This document shows positions 12,877 to 25,900 of a DNA stretch of 64,000 nt, piece after piece. Origin of the DNA: Eledone cirrhosa (lineage: Eukaryota); the NCBI GenBank assembly GCA_964016885.1, contig OZ024741.1, positions 92,690,001 to 92,754,000 of the forward strand. Direction: 5' to 3'. Positions within the stretch are counted from its first letter, which is position 1; each line of letters opens with the position of its first letter. The notes under the pieces are model-generated. The model was not told the origin of the DNA, did not search any database, and saw only the letters and a list, made by a program, of their open reading frames with translations. Position numbers and translations under genes: made by a program.

Positions 12877-14829
12877 CTGAAGAGAAACAGATTGAATATT
12901 TTACTGTAATCTGGCTTCATGCCACATGTTTCTGAGTTCAAACTTTACTAGAGCAAAAATGGGAGAGAAATTTGCCTTGGATATTCCCAGCATAGATTAA
13001 CTCCTTTGATACCAAACCTAAAACAGCCCTATTTTATGATATTTCAAGGATAAAACCCCTTAGTTTTGGTGGGTGGGGGGTCACCACTTAATCAGAGATT
13101 GGAGAGCAGTGCCCATGAGTCATTATATTTTCAGGGTCTCCGAATCTGGAGGAAATTATCCCCAAATTGGAGACCTAGCCCGAATGCTTCAACTAAAGTG
13201 AACTCTGTTGAAGGCATGTGAAGCAGGTGGTGGTGTAAACTTGATGACGGATTAAGTCTACCACCCAAGAAATCAGTACACAAAGGGATGAATTCAATGC
13301 AGCAAGGCATCTAATCCAACATTTGAACAATTCCATTAACCCACTGCTCTGGACAAGTAATTAATTTTATTGACCCCCAAAAGATGAAAAGCAAAGTTGA
13401 CCTCAGCAGGATTTGAGCTCAGAGTACCAAGATCCTGAACAAATACCACAAAGTTAATTACCCAAACTCTAATGACTGACAATCTGCAGAATTATAACAG
13501 ATAACTAAGGCTAAGGGATATGACTATTTATTTCCACACACACACACACCCCACCCCCTCATATTTGCAACAAAGGGCGTTCTAAAAATATATTTCATAT
13601 AGGCACAGGCATGATTGTATGAATAAAGAGTTCACTTTACAACCCCATAGTTTCAAGTTCAGACCCACTTAGGCAAGTTTCTAAACGCCTTATAAATAAA
13701 ACTATTAGTAGATGAAAACTCTACAAATGCCTGTCATATATATATATATGTGCATGTGTGTATACATTTGTATATCTATCTATGTCCTGTAACAGTGCTT
13801 GAATAAAAAGAAATCAATAAAATTAGTACCATGTTTGAAAAAAAAATATATGTACTGGTGTTGGTATGATCAACCTAAACTCCCTTTACAACAGTGCCCC
13901 AGCATAACTGCAACCAATAAAAGTGTAAAAGAATGTTTCTAAAGTTATATACAAGCCTCTATGCTATATATGTGTGTAAAAAGCATGGTGATGAAAATCG
14001 CTACATCAAATATGCCAATTTGTAAGACGGAAGAAAAACAATACAGCATCTAGTCAACAGGATGGAGTGTTTTTAGGTTTGAAGTCATCTGTGTGTAGTG
14101 TATGTAACAAAAATACGCTTGATGAAATTTGATTAGCTGTCTCTTACATCCCTTTTTTCCTCTACAATGCTGACTCTTCACATCATTATTCCTTCTTTCT
14201 TTTACTACATCTGTTAGATGAGCCAAAAAGAAAGCTTCTACGTGGTCGTTTGGCCGGCCTACTAGAAATAGCAGCCAAATCTTCCTCAATTCACAGACTA
14301 CCATTTTAATCTATTAATTACCATATCTCTAATGAAATAATATTACTTATAAATAACAAGGAAGTCTCTACAAAGTCACTCGGCCTGCTAAAAATAACAG
14401 CCAATTCTCACTGACATCACAGACTAGTATCTTAACTCTTTTGTTGACATATTTCTAATGAAATAACAGTCTATAACATACAAAGAAGCCTCTGTTGTCA
14501 CTTAGCCTGCTAAAAAAAAAGCAGCCAAATCTCCCTCAATTCACAGACTTGTATCTTAACTCTTTTGTTAACATATTTCTAATGAAATAACATTGCCTAT
14601 AGTTTTCAAATGATTTTTTCAAATAATCAAGAGTAGTGAAGGTTTTAATAATATAAGTAATTTTAACAACTAACTTTCTCATTATTAACCCTTCTGACAC
14701 CAAATTGTTCCTAGTTCGATGATACAAAGCTGTTTATTGTGAAGTTCTTACATTTATCTCCAATCCAATATAAACATTCTATGTAAGGACCTGTGTTTAG
14801 TAATGCTCCAAATACTAGATAAATAATGA

Positions 14830-16260
14830 TCTTCTTCTCCTTTGCCCACTTATTCCTGAGAGAGTCGTGGGGGCAGAATCAACAAAAACTACTTCCAGTG
14901 AGTCCTGTCAGAAGCAACTGTCTCCAATTGATCCGGCTGGATCCCCAAGCAAGACCAGCTGAGCTCATGGATGCTATCCAACTATCTTGCTTGGGGTCTA
15001 CCACTGGGTCTCCTTTCCCATAAAATCTGTCAAGCGACTCTTTCCTGGAACATTTTAACCACAGCCCGTAATATCAGAGCTGTGATCTCTCAATTCAGAG
15101 AAATAGCAGCTTTACCTGGAGAGACTTTCTAATCTCTGAGCTATGCACTTTATCAAGTAACATCATTCCAAAGACTCTTTGGAAGACCTCCATTTAGGCC
15201 ACTTATATTCATGGTTATATTCTTTCAGTTATTACTCAAGATTCATGAACATATGTAACGGTTGATACGAATACCGAATTGAAGATAGTGAGTTTGGTTT
15301 TTACACCTGCCTCCCTTTTTCTGATTACCAAACGTTGAAGGTGGCGTATTACTGTACCAGCCCCTGCAATTTTTGCACTTAATTCAGCCTCCTCCCTTCC
15401 ATCACTCATGAACATGGTCCTGAGATACTTCGACACATGCTTCCTTGAGAAGACGAGTGTCTCAGTCTTCACAGCACGTATTCTCCTTCCAACAATGCAG
15501 CACTCAATATCAAATCTATCAAATGCAAGTCAGAAATCACCTTCAGTCAAGTTAAGTAATACCATGTCCTCTACAAATTCCAGCTAATTGACACTACACC
15601 TGCCAGTAGTGACACTACTTCTAACCCGGCTGCAAACATCTCTCCTGTTCATGAAGATTATGAACAGGAGAGATGACAGTACAAACCCTTGGCAAAGTCC
15701 AGCTCCCACATTGAATAGTTTTATCTAAACGCAAATACTAGGACATTCATATAGTGACATCAGGACAAGAAGTTTTCTATTGATCCCATGCTCCTACAGA
15801 ACCATCTACAGCAGGTCCTGTGAACACAGTCATATGCCTTTTTGAGGTCTACAAAGCAAGAATACACCTCTTGACAGTACTCCCACAATTTCACAAAGAC
15901 CTGCCACAGTGTGAATATTTGGTTGGCTGCGCTGCATTTAGGGCAAAAACCACACTGTTCACCAGCTAGCTTGTAGCTGACAATCTCCCTACATCTCTTT
16001 GGCAGACAATTAGCATAGACTTTACTGGGGAGGCTTAACAAGGAGATCTTTCTATAACTGGAACAATCTCTCATTTCCTTTTTGAAAATTGGGATTATCA
16101 CTTTCAATTACCATTGCTTAGGTGCCTTTCCAGAGATCCAGGCCATCCAGCACACACGAGTCAGCCAGAGAATACCTTCTCTTTTTAAGGCTTTTAACAT
16201 TTCTGGCTGAATTTCATCCTCCCCAGTAACCTTGCCACAGGTGAGCTCTTTACTTGATCA
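14830..16260 (-). mobile_element. RTE-clade LINE, decayed RT and 3' end
   Basis: VIIPIFKK..YRKISLLSLPSKVY, FVDLKKAYD, KYL..MFMSDG, VFVSTVTYVHES; (AAG)-like tail near 14830. Confidence 0.85.
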
Positions 16261-16599
16261 TGACCTTAGCCCATGCCAGTTTTGCGGGCTTCTTTGACTT
16301 TAGGTAATTTCAAGTTGCAGATAACTAGATGGTGATCTTCACAGGTCTGAGAAAAGTACCAGATTGGTGACTGGCACAAATAAGATCACCAAAACTGCAA
16401 TATGGTGGGAGGTAACATGTAAAATCATATGACATTGTCCTTCGTGCAGGTTAACAAGGGACATATTCAGGCCTTAAGTAGAAGGGCCTGTTCAAAAAAT
16501 ATATTGCAGTCTCCATTTTATGCTGTAAAAGCTAGCAATGGGTCTGTGAGCTGTCCTAGAAGGCATGGGATAGACACAAAAAGATTGCGTATCCTGAGA

Positions 16600-16800
16600 G
16601 GGTTCCGAAGGGAGCAAGCTGTGACAATTGGAACCTGGAAGATCACAACTCTTACAGGTAAGGATCAGGAACTAGCAGAGGAGGCTAAATGGAGTCAGGG
16701 TTTCCTTAAAGTTCCATGGATCTATTTCTGTAAATTTGGATAGAGGATGGAAACTCCACTATTCAGGAGTGACACCAGAAATGACTGCACAGTTGATATA
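16600..16800 (+). mobile_element. RTE endonuclease N-terminal fragment, opposite orientation to adjacent RT
   Basis: VTIGTWKITTLTGKDQELAEEAK resembles APE motif IGTWNVxTLxGKxxEL. Confidence 0.65.
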
Positions 16801-17359
16801 TGTTGCCAAGCCAACGGTGAACAGTTTGCCTCCTCCCTTCTTAATAATGCATATTTTTTTATAGGAAATTTGACAGTGATATGTTTTCCATGATACCGAT
16901 TATGTTGATTTTTAAAAAATTAATTTGTAGTTTCGCTTATGGAATACTTTCGAATTCTGTTGTAAAAGGTTAATTGCAAAGGTCATCTTCTTCATCATCA
17001 CTTCCAATTCTATGTTGATGTGAATAATATCAATCAGGATAAGGTTATAGATTTTTCTACAGAAATAATCTTAATTCTGCAACTATGAATTGCAACAAAA
17101 AAAATTTAAATATGCATTATTGAGTTATGAAGAAACAAAGTCTGTGGCACTAAACAGTAGTTATGCCTATAAATGTTTTTGTTTTTTTTAATCTTGAACA
17201 CAAAAAAAAATTATATAATTATATTTCATTTGCCATCTCTAAATATGTATTACCATTTGTTATTATATTTTCAAAATTGATATATTCCAACTTTTAAGCA
17301 AATTAAGCAGAACAATATTAATGCTTTCATTATTGAATACACATTAGCTTCATTTTTTT

Positions 17360-18330
17360 TTTCCCTCAGACATTTTGCATTGGCGTCCAAAATGTCTAGC
17401 TGTATTTAGCTATGTTCCCTTACATTCTGAATTCAAACCCAGCCGTGGACAACTTTGCCCTTCATTCGGTAGATAAAATAAAGTACTGAGTCGATCTGAT
17501 CGACTTTCCTCTTCTTCCAAAAATTGCTGCCCTTGCGCCTAAATTAGAAACTGAAAGAATCGTGTTTATTCGTTTTTTTTTACGTTCTGTGTTCAAATTA
17601 CACCGAGTTTAACTTTGCCTTTCATCCTTCCGGAGTTGACAAAATAAAGTAACAGTCAAGTACTGGCGTCGATCTAATCGATTCCCTCCACCCACCAAAG
17701 AAAGAATGTTTACTAACCATGCACTTAAATTAGAAAACATGAAAGTTACAGAGTTCGATACTTCGAGCGGCTGCTAGCTACTTTTTTCCATCAATAGCGG
17801 TATTTTATCAGATTTTCTAAGCTATTATTTATATCAATTAACTGTGGTTACAGTTATTTTTTGCATTCGGGATTGCTATATTTTCTCAAATTTATTTTTC
17901 GGTAGAGCATCAGACAACATGCTTCGCGGCATATAGTTACAGTCCTTGACGTTCTGAGTTCAAATCCCGCCAAGGTTAGCTTTGTCTTTCATCCTTACGG
18001 GATCGATTTAAACGACTTTCCTCTCCCTTAAATTGTTGGCCCTGTGCCTAAATCAGAAACCATTCCCCCCTCCCCATAAATCCTATTAAGCAGCACAATT
18101 GGATATCTAATAACGTTATTTCTTACGTATATAAGGGCGGTGGATTGGCAGTATCGGTAGAGAGTCGGACACCATGCTTTGAAGCATAGAGTTACGTCCC
18201 TTTACGATCTGAGTTCAAATCCCGCCGAGGTCGACTTTGCCTTTCATCCTTACGGGGTCGATAAAATAAAGTACCAGTAATGTACTAGGTATTTGCTGGC
18301 CTTGGGCCTAAAATAGAAACAGTTATTTCT
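17360..18330 (+). mobile_element. Cluster of four tRNA-derived SINEs of the dominant family (best copy 18135-18330)
   Basis: A box tggcagtatcgg, B box gagttcaaatcc, central block gtcgactttgcctttcatccttacggggtcgataaaataaagtaccag (Meta/MESC-like by recollection). Confidence 0.85.
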
Positions 18331-18633
18331 TACGTATATTACTAGTGATATTTTGACAACATTGCTGTCAATTTCGCTGCTTCATACCGCACGCGTATGT
18401 ATATATGTACGTGTGTGTATAAGTGCGTGTGTGTGTGTGTACGTGTATGTATGTGTACGTTGTGTCTTATATGTAGATTGTTTGAGGGTTTCATTTTACA
18501 CACACACACATACATACACAGAGAGAATGAGAGTACAAAATTCATAATTATGAAAAAAGCAAAATTGTCAAAATACCGTAGTGAGGAGGCATAAAAAGGT
18601 AACGACGAATACAAATATCTCTCAGTAGTTTAC

Positions 18634-19498
18634 CTTAAACGTGACGTCTGATGATTTTGCGTGAGGTGGGGTGAGGAGAGGAGAAAAAAGACCAGAGATG
18701 TGAAATGAATGCGATTTCTAAAGAAAAAAATACATGACAAAAATGAAACAGTTCCGATAAGGATTCGAAACCGAATTATGTACTTACTCGCCATGAAGAT
18801 AATATAGTTCCACTCATTAGAGGATTATCTTATAAATATTTGTACATTCCTTAATAGGGTGGAAGAAATAGTCGAACGCCAGATAGGATTCTTATTCTGT
18901 CTAGTTCCGTACTTAATGTGCTTTTTTTTAAACCCTTCGTGATTAATTAAAGAAATCATTATTAATATTATTATTGGGATCGATAAAATAAAGTACCAGT
19001 AAAGAACTAGGATCGATATAATCAAATTACTGGCCTTGTGCTAAATGTTGAAACCAAACAATTATTTAGAAAAAGGCGAGCGGAATTTGAAAATTGAATT
19101 AAAAGATTTCACCGTAACTTTAACTAAATAAAACAGTCTAATAATATCGGGGCGTATAAACCTACTGAACGGGAAAATATGTGACGATGCCCATTTTTTT
19201 TCCCCTCTCAGAGGGTTTATTATACGTCCTGTTATTATTAGATTCTTGAGAGGAGATGGACCCCACCAGGTTTTTAAAAGGTGCCCTAGAAATACCGTAT
19301 GTCAATACGGCGTCCCTGCGACTTCTTCGGGAGTTACGGGTCTCAGAAATTATGAGACTATGTGATTTAGTGAAAGTTATGGAGAAATCTTTTAATTCAA
19401 TTTTCAAAACAATTATAATTATTATTGTCCCTCCTAGAGAGATTTCATAAAATAAATCATTAGTTCAAATCATACCTGTTTGTATTGTATATCCAGGC
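18634..19498 (-). CDS. Three candidate exons (19476-19498, 18788-18828, 18634-18717) of an unidentified spliced transcript
   Basis: Canonical sites ttttctag|..CAG|gtatga, ttataag|..CGA|gtaagt, 70-nt intron, tttctttag|..AAG|gtaaac; spliced frame open PGYTIQTDNPLMSGTILSSWRKSHSFHISGLFSPLLTPPHAKSSDVTFK. Confidence 0.4.
19086..19408. mobile_element. MITE-like foldback with ~60-bp imperfect TIRs
   Basis: tttgaaaattgaattaaaagatttc... vs ...gaaatcttttaattcaattttcaaa. Confidence 0.7.
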
Positions 19499-20269
19499 CT
19501 AGAAAAGTAAAGTACCGTTAATGTACGGAGGTGTAGTCAAGCGACTAAACTTCTTCCCCAATTCTTAAAAAAAAAATTGGCTCGGTGCCTATCTAATGGA
19601 AATCTATTTCCAAAGGGATAGGAAGAATGCGTTCGCGCGTGCGTGTGTTCACAAGTACTTGTAACAACTACCCTAGCAACTAATACCACCCAACAAACAC
19701 ACTAAACAACATTAAAACAATCTATGTCCACTTCTTTCACTCGCTACTATATTATACCGGTTATCCTCCAATGAATATTAGAACCGTGGTAAGGATTATA
19801 TAGTCTGCTATCCATCCACACGCACATACTAGAGAACTAAAACAGTTCACTATAGTAAGTGCCGATTCCGGTACTTTTATTGTTTATATATAGAGAAAGA
19901 TGGATAATTAGATAGAGAAAGAGTGACAATATACTTTAATCTTTTTGTCGCTTAAAGGACCACACGTAGCGAAAAACTCGGAGTTGTGATGCAGTGAAAC
20001 TGCAGGTAAGAATGAATAAATATAATTTACTACATGCATTGAGGACTTTTTCTCCCGTTTGTAAGTCGAAACGTATATTTGTGTGTGTATAGTATAACGT
20101 GTGTCCGCCACTGGTATATTATAGATAAAATGAAAGAAACGTTGAGTAAATAATGGATGACAAACCTGTTTGCAATATATCCATGATAAAAAGACGAAAA
20201 TTTCTGTGCAGTGAAAATGTTCGATGAGCCGTAAATCGTGCTATAAACCTTACTCATTGCGATATTGAA

Positions 20270-20370
20270 AGATAAACGACATCACCGGAAGTCGATTAAT
20301 TTTAGTCATCAAGTTAAGGGAGTTACATCCCTTTCACATCCCCTGTTGCATAGTCGTGTCTCACTCTTCC
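20270..20370. promoter_or_regulatory. Possible promoter (ETS motif, locally CpG-containing unique DNA)
   Basis: CCGGAAGT at 20285-20292 just upstream of minus-strand ATG/donor at 20257; repeat-poor region. Confidence 0.3.
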
Positions 20371-20789
20371 ATGGATCATTAGTTTTTTCTTTGTAACGTC
20401 AATGATAAATATTGCGCAATAAAATTATGGCGATATTTGACTGTAAAGTGCCACCTTCACTTTCAGAAACCTTTTGTTGTTATCAGTGTAAAGTATGGCT
20501 AAATACATTTCTATATATATATATTTATACACACATATATATATATGTATGTAAACATGTCATATATATTTAATATATATTACTAGTGGTACCGGCGTAG
20601 CCCGGGTAACAAGTATATGGAATAAGCAAGGGATATTGGAGGTTAGGTTTATTTTATTTATTTATTTTTGTTAAACTTAAATGGCTTCACTTATAGTTTT
20701 TATGAAGTTCTCTATGTATGCATGCATGCATGTATGTATGTATATATATATATGTATGTATGTATGTATGGTCGCTCTTCAACGCTAAT

Positions 20790-21770
20790 GGTAACATGTA
20801 ACCTAGTACAACCAGTGCATGGTCGGGTCGTCGGCGACTAAACCGGCAACCCCATCAAGCTCGCTTGGTGAGGAGGATGAATTTGGGCACCCTGCGGGAT
20901 GAAAAACAAAACTCGTCAACAGTGGCGTAGCTAGAGTGTGTGCCGCCCGGAGCAGTCCTTCAGTTTGCCGCCACCAGGCCCCACAAAAATACATATTGCC
21001 TAGTGATTCACTCATAAAGTAAATTTTTTTTTTCTTTTTTTTTTTTACTTGCTGCAAACGCGTCGAGGAAACAGTCCTTTTTCCTGAGGTGTCTCATGAA
21101 AAGCTGATTTGCCTCACAACGATGATACAATTTTATAATGCAAAGTGACACACGGATCAGCAAAACTGCAGTCGGGACTTTGAAGAAAAAATAGGTATAT
21201 TTTTGTCTATTATTTTCTGTTTTGTAATTTTATATATATATATATATAAACTAGTCTGTGTACAACTATAATATTATGCTGCAGCATTGAAAGAACGCTT
21301 ATAGCCTACAGTAGACTCAAAAGGGCAGCCCCCATAAAAGTGTCGCCTGGGGCGGACTGCTCCTCTCGCCCATTCTAGCGACGCTACTGCCTGTCAAAGG
21401 ACAGAAGAACTCAGGAAAGTCAACGGCCATCCAATAAAGTTTTTTTTTTTTTTTTAGCTAAAGACTCCTAGTCTTCATTAAGCCATCTCTCTACGAAAAG
21501 GCGACTCTGATATAAAACCTACGACTTCGTTTGCGTTCAATGATGTAAACCAGTTCTTTTTTTTGTGGGGGAGGGGGGTGCATTCGATGTTCAGAAAGTG
21601 GGATTGGCCCCGTACAAAGCCTTTCCTCACTTCAAAAAGCTTCAAGCACAGGCATTGCTTGATATGTGACATTTTGGGGGAGGTATGGTATTGCTGGCTA
21701 TAGGCAAATCCCTAGCAGGACTAAAAAGCCACGTCCGTGATGCTCATGGTTAAGTATCAAGCGATGGCAT
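20790..21770 (+). mobile_element. RTE 5' UTR-like non-autonomous piece split by a hAT MITE
   Basis: catggtcgggtcgtcggcgactaaac... shared with second copy at ~22410-22970. Confidence 0.55.
20920..21389. mobile_element. hAT-type MITE
   Basis: TIR cagtggcgtagctag / ctagcgacgctactg; degenerate 8-bp TSD ctcgtcaa/cctgtcaa. Confidence 0.7.
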
Positions 21771-21849
21771 TACTCGAAATTAGTTGCAGTCATCATCATG
21801 TAGGTATTTATATACGTATGTATGTGTGTATGTATGTATGTATGATACA

Positions 21850-22385
21850 TGGGAAAGCGCAGCTGCTGATGGAGAAAGAGGGTACATGAGAGAAAAGTTG
21901 CTTTTGAAGCATCTCGAATCGCACACGAGAAAGTAAAAAGGGATGTGAGGAAAAGCATTACTGTTGCATTTCCAGACAGCGAAGGTCCTCCTATGGCGTT
22001 GACATGCAGCGTCTGTGCAAGACTCACCCTCAGCAAAGCTGAACTCGAAAGTCATAAAGTGAGACCAGTGGGTGACTACCAGGCTGTTGTCGAAGATGCT
22101 GCTCATCATACCTGTCAAGCATGTGGAAGAGTGTGTAGATCAGCAGGAGGGCTCAAACGGCATGCAAAAGTACATGAAATCCAACCACAGCCGGCTATTG
22201 CCAGTGAATGCTTTTATCATGGTTGCCAACTCTGTGCAAGACATTTTAGATCATTGGCTGGACTAAAAAACCACTTTCGATCGCAGCACCGTTAATTGTT
22301 AATATATATGGGGGGAGGGTATGTGTATGCATATATTTTTTTTGTGCAATGGACATACTCGATAACGAGGGAGCATCCATCATGT
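21850..22385 (+). mobile_element. RTE/BovB-like LINE 3' end with C2H2 zinc fingers
   Basis: CSVCARLTLSKAELESH, CQACGRVCRSAGGLKRH, CQLCARHFRSLAGLKNH following TWE..AAD; same family at 29632-30378. Confidence 0.75.
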
Positions 22386-24633
22386 ATGTATGTATGTGTG
22401 TATGTATGTATCATGGTCGGGTCGTTGGCGACTAAACTGGCAACGCCACCAAGGTTTCTTGGTGAGGAGGGTGACTTTGGACATCCTGCAGGACTAAAAA
22501 CAAAACCTGTCAATGGTCAAAGGAGCTCTTAAGAGTCAATGGCCATCCAAAATCACCGGGAGAGATGACCCCTTAGCCTTTGTCAAGGCAGAATTCTAGG
22601 AGAAGGAAAACTCTGATATAACACCTGCAACCCTGATGGTATCCAATGATGTTGACTTGTTCTTCTTTTTGGTAAATATCATCTTGGTTAAGAGAGTGGG
22701 ACTGGCTTTGTGCAGTGCCTTTGCTCACTATAAAAGCTTCACGGCACAGGCATTGCTTTATATCTGGAGATCTCTCTGCACTTGTCGTCACATGGTACCA
22801 TGGGCCCAGCACTATGTGTCAATAATTGTCACAAGTGTAGTGTTTGTACCAGAGTTTTCAAGTCGCTGGCTGGACTAAAAAGTCACACTCGTTCAGCGCA
22901 TCGGTAGGAGTTCTCCTACATGGATATAAAGTAGTGGCCGTACTCGAAAACGAGTTGGCAGCCACCACCATGTATGTATGTATGTATGTATGTTCTTATA
23001 GTTTTATAGTTTTATAAATGTTTACCAATAGAGTGAGAGTCGGTTTCTAACAGACACAAAACTCTCTCATTGGAATTTAAACAACATCAACTAGTTAGAT
23101 ATGTCTGCATGCATGTGTGTGCAGGTATGGATGTTATTGTATGTGTGGATGTGGATATTTTGAGTTATATGTGTGAATATGCATATGCTTAATATGTGTA
23201 CATGCAGTTATCTGTGCAAGTGTACATGCAGTTATTAGATGCAGAATGTTTGGAATGTTTTACATATTTTTATGTATGTATGTGTGCTTGTGTATGTATG
23301 TGTGTGTGTGTATGTATGTATGTATGTATGTATGTATGTATGTATGTATGTATGTATGTATGGTTTTATAATTTCACAAAGAGAGCAGATTTCTAACATA
23401 GAGACAAGACTCTTTCATTGGAATTTACACAACATCAACTAGGTGGATATGTATGCATGCATGTGTGTGTAGGTATGGATATTATTGTATGTGTGGATGT
23501 GGATGTTTTGAGTTGTATGTGTGCATGTGCATACGCTTTGTATCTGTACATGTGTATATGCAATTATTAGATGCAACATTTTTGGAATGTTTTACATATT
23601 TTTACTTGTAATTTCCTAACGTATATATGTATGTATGTATGTATGTACGAACCAATAATTCCTTATGGGATTGTAAGGGTGCTGTAGTGACATACTGCAT
23701 GTCTTGGGTATTTTGAAACCTGGCGGAGCTCATTCTTTCTCCAAGTTTAATGATAGCCCATTCCTTACGGGGAAGGAGAGAGACCTTGAAATGGTGAAAG
23801 GCGAAGTATACATCGGTGAGATTTGAACTCAGAGCGCAGAGATCGGTAAAGAATACTTCAATGCATTCTGCCTAACCTTCTAACGACTCTCCCAAATTTG
23901 CCGCCTTCTGGGCATACATGTACTCTCGATGTTGTCCAAAGGAAAGGCAATGGTAGATATAACTTGACACCCGTGACGTTGCAACTCCTTTCTACAGCTG
24001 AGTCAACTGCAGCAACGTCAAAAGCCCGATCCGAGAATCGAACTCACAACCTGACGATTGTAAGTCCGACGCTCTAACAACTAAGCCATGCGCCTTCACA
24101 ATGGGAAGTGCCATGAAAAAAGCTGCCCCGAAATGGGGCAAAATGGGACATTTTACAAAATGAAAGCTATACGCATTTTCACAAGAGAAGACATCTCTTA
24201 TCCACCCCAACGTGGATGGGAGATCTCCCCGTCGGACGGGGAGAGTTAACAGGTCTGTGGATAATACAAGCGTGGTTGTTTAACACTAGAAGTATATTTT
24301 GAATAAATGGCTTAAGACCTGACTAAAAGGTCTAGAAGTATACTTTGATTTACTGACTATGTTGTATATAAATTGGATTCTTTGAGTCAGCGAGAAAAAA
24401 AATATATTTTTCTTCAATCTTAATAATTGTTTCTACTTTAGGCACAAGACCAGCAATTACCCATAATAATGGTCTCAAAAGAGTTACCTCCCTTCATCTT
24501 ACCTTTTTATTTAAAAAAAAACTTTTTAAAATTAATTTCTAAATGACCTGCCTTTGTTTAAACTCTTATGATATATTTCTAAAAGGAAAGCACAATCGAC
24601 CCCAGCCGGCCATCTTTCTTTTCTCTTTCTTAT

Positions 24634-24685
24634 GACAGGCTGAATGAGTTGGGGTCCAGAACCCAACGAAACTGAAGTACCTGTT
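24634..24685 (+). ncRNA. Type I hammerhead variant with core insertion (CUGAAUGA)
   Basis: gacagg-CTGAATGA-gttggg gtccagaa cccaac-GAAAC tgaa GTA|cctgtt; helices I, II and a 2-bp helix III all pair. Confidence 0.65.
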
Positions 24686-24910
24686 TATGTCACTGTTGTA
24701 ATTATATATATATATATATCAGAGCAAACAGCACGGACACTCTATCTCAAAATTATTTTTGAAAAGCATTTAGAAATGCGCAACCGGTAAAAACTTAAAA
24801 ACTTAAAACCACAACTGAATACTAACCCATACAATCACTAATACTCTTTTATTCCTAATTAAACCATTTTTCAACTGTGAACAATTTGTCAGCATTTTCT
24901 ATTCCGTTTA

Positions 24911-24962
<52 letters not shown>

Positions 24963-25084
24963 GTAAATCTGAGTTTTTCGAATATTAATAATAATATTCA
25001 ATTCATTTGCAATTATGCAAACAGCCTCTTAAGTCAGTAGAATGACCTCGCCATTCTTGCTCTTGTGTTGGCATACAAACAGAA

Positions 25085-25129
25085 CGGCAGACAATAATGT
25101 TTCTGGGTGATTACCTTTCATCAGTACCG
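25085..25129 (-). ncRNA. Type I hammerhead ribozyme, weakened helix II
   Basis: Minus: cggta-CTGATGA-aa ggt aatc acc ca-GAAACA ttat TGTC|tgccg; GUC site. Confidence 0.65.
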
Positions 25130-25394
25130 GATACTGTTTACCTGTCAGGGCTAGTAAAACTATATGATATTTTCTGAAATATACAGTGACTGATCGGCTT
25201 GATTTGCATATTAGCAGGCTGCCTGATCAGTCAGATCTGCATATTAGCAAATCCACTGATCAGCCAGATTTACATATCAGCAGATAGGTCAGTCAGTTTT
25301 AAAGCGATTAGTGGCCGGCGTTGCCATAGTCAAATAACTAACAATTAGTTAGTTATTTGTTATATATATATATATATGTGTGTGTGTGTGCGCG

Positions 25395-25439
<45 letters not shown>

Positions 25440-25587
25440 GAAGAGAGAATAACCAAGTTTACCTAAAATATTATTTTAACCCTACATACATTTTAATGTA
25501 TAAAGACAGGCCATACTACGACATACACGAGATATTTGTTCCTTCGTCTACAACATATATATATATATACAATAATAATGATAATAA

Positions 25588-25900
25588 TTGTTTCTACTTT
25601 TGGCACAAGACCAGCAATTACCCAGTGCATTACTGGTACTTTATTTTATCGACCCCTTAAGGATGAAAGGCAAAGTTAACCTCGGCGGGATTTGAACTCA
25701 GAATGGCAAGGGCCGTAACTCTATGCGTCAAAGCATGGCTCCGACCCTCTACCGATACTGCCAATCCACCGCCCTTAATATCCATAATAATAATTGTTTC
25801 TACTTTTGGCACAAGTCCAGCAATTACCCAGTGTATTACTGGTACTTTATTTTATCGACCCCGTAAGGATGAAAGGCAAAGTTAACCTCGGCGGGATTTG
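25588..25900 (-). mobile_element. tRNA-derived SINE, one full and one truncated tandem copy
   Basis: Reverse complement of the 18135-18330 family. Confidence 0.85.

Noticed and set aside
18135-18230. A/B boxes suggesting tRNA genes
   Set aside because: No cloverleaf; these are SINE heads
19958-20005. Plus-strand exon-like segment with strong CAG|GTAAG donor
   Set aside because: Stops in all three frames and no partner exons identified
19700-20257. MFS-transporter-like peptides (CGWIAD, GYIANRF) on the minus strand
   Set aside because: Too short, interrupted by stops, compatible with chance
22410-22640. Possible HDV-like ribozyme in RTE 5' UTR
   Set aside because: Known for some RTEs, but I could not fold the nested double pseudoknot by eye
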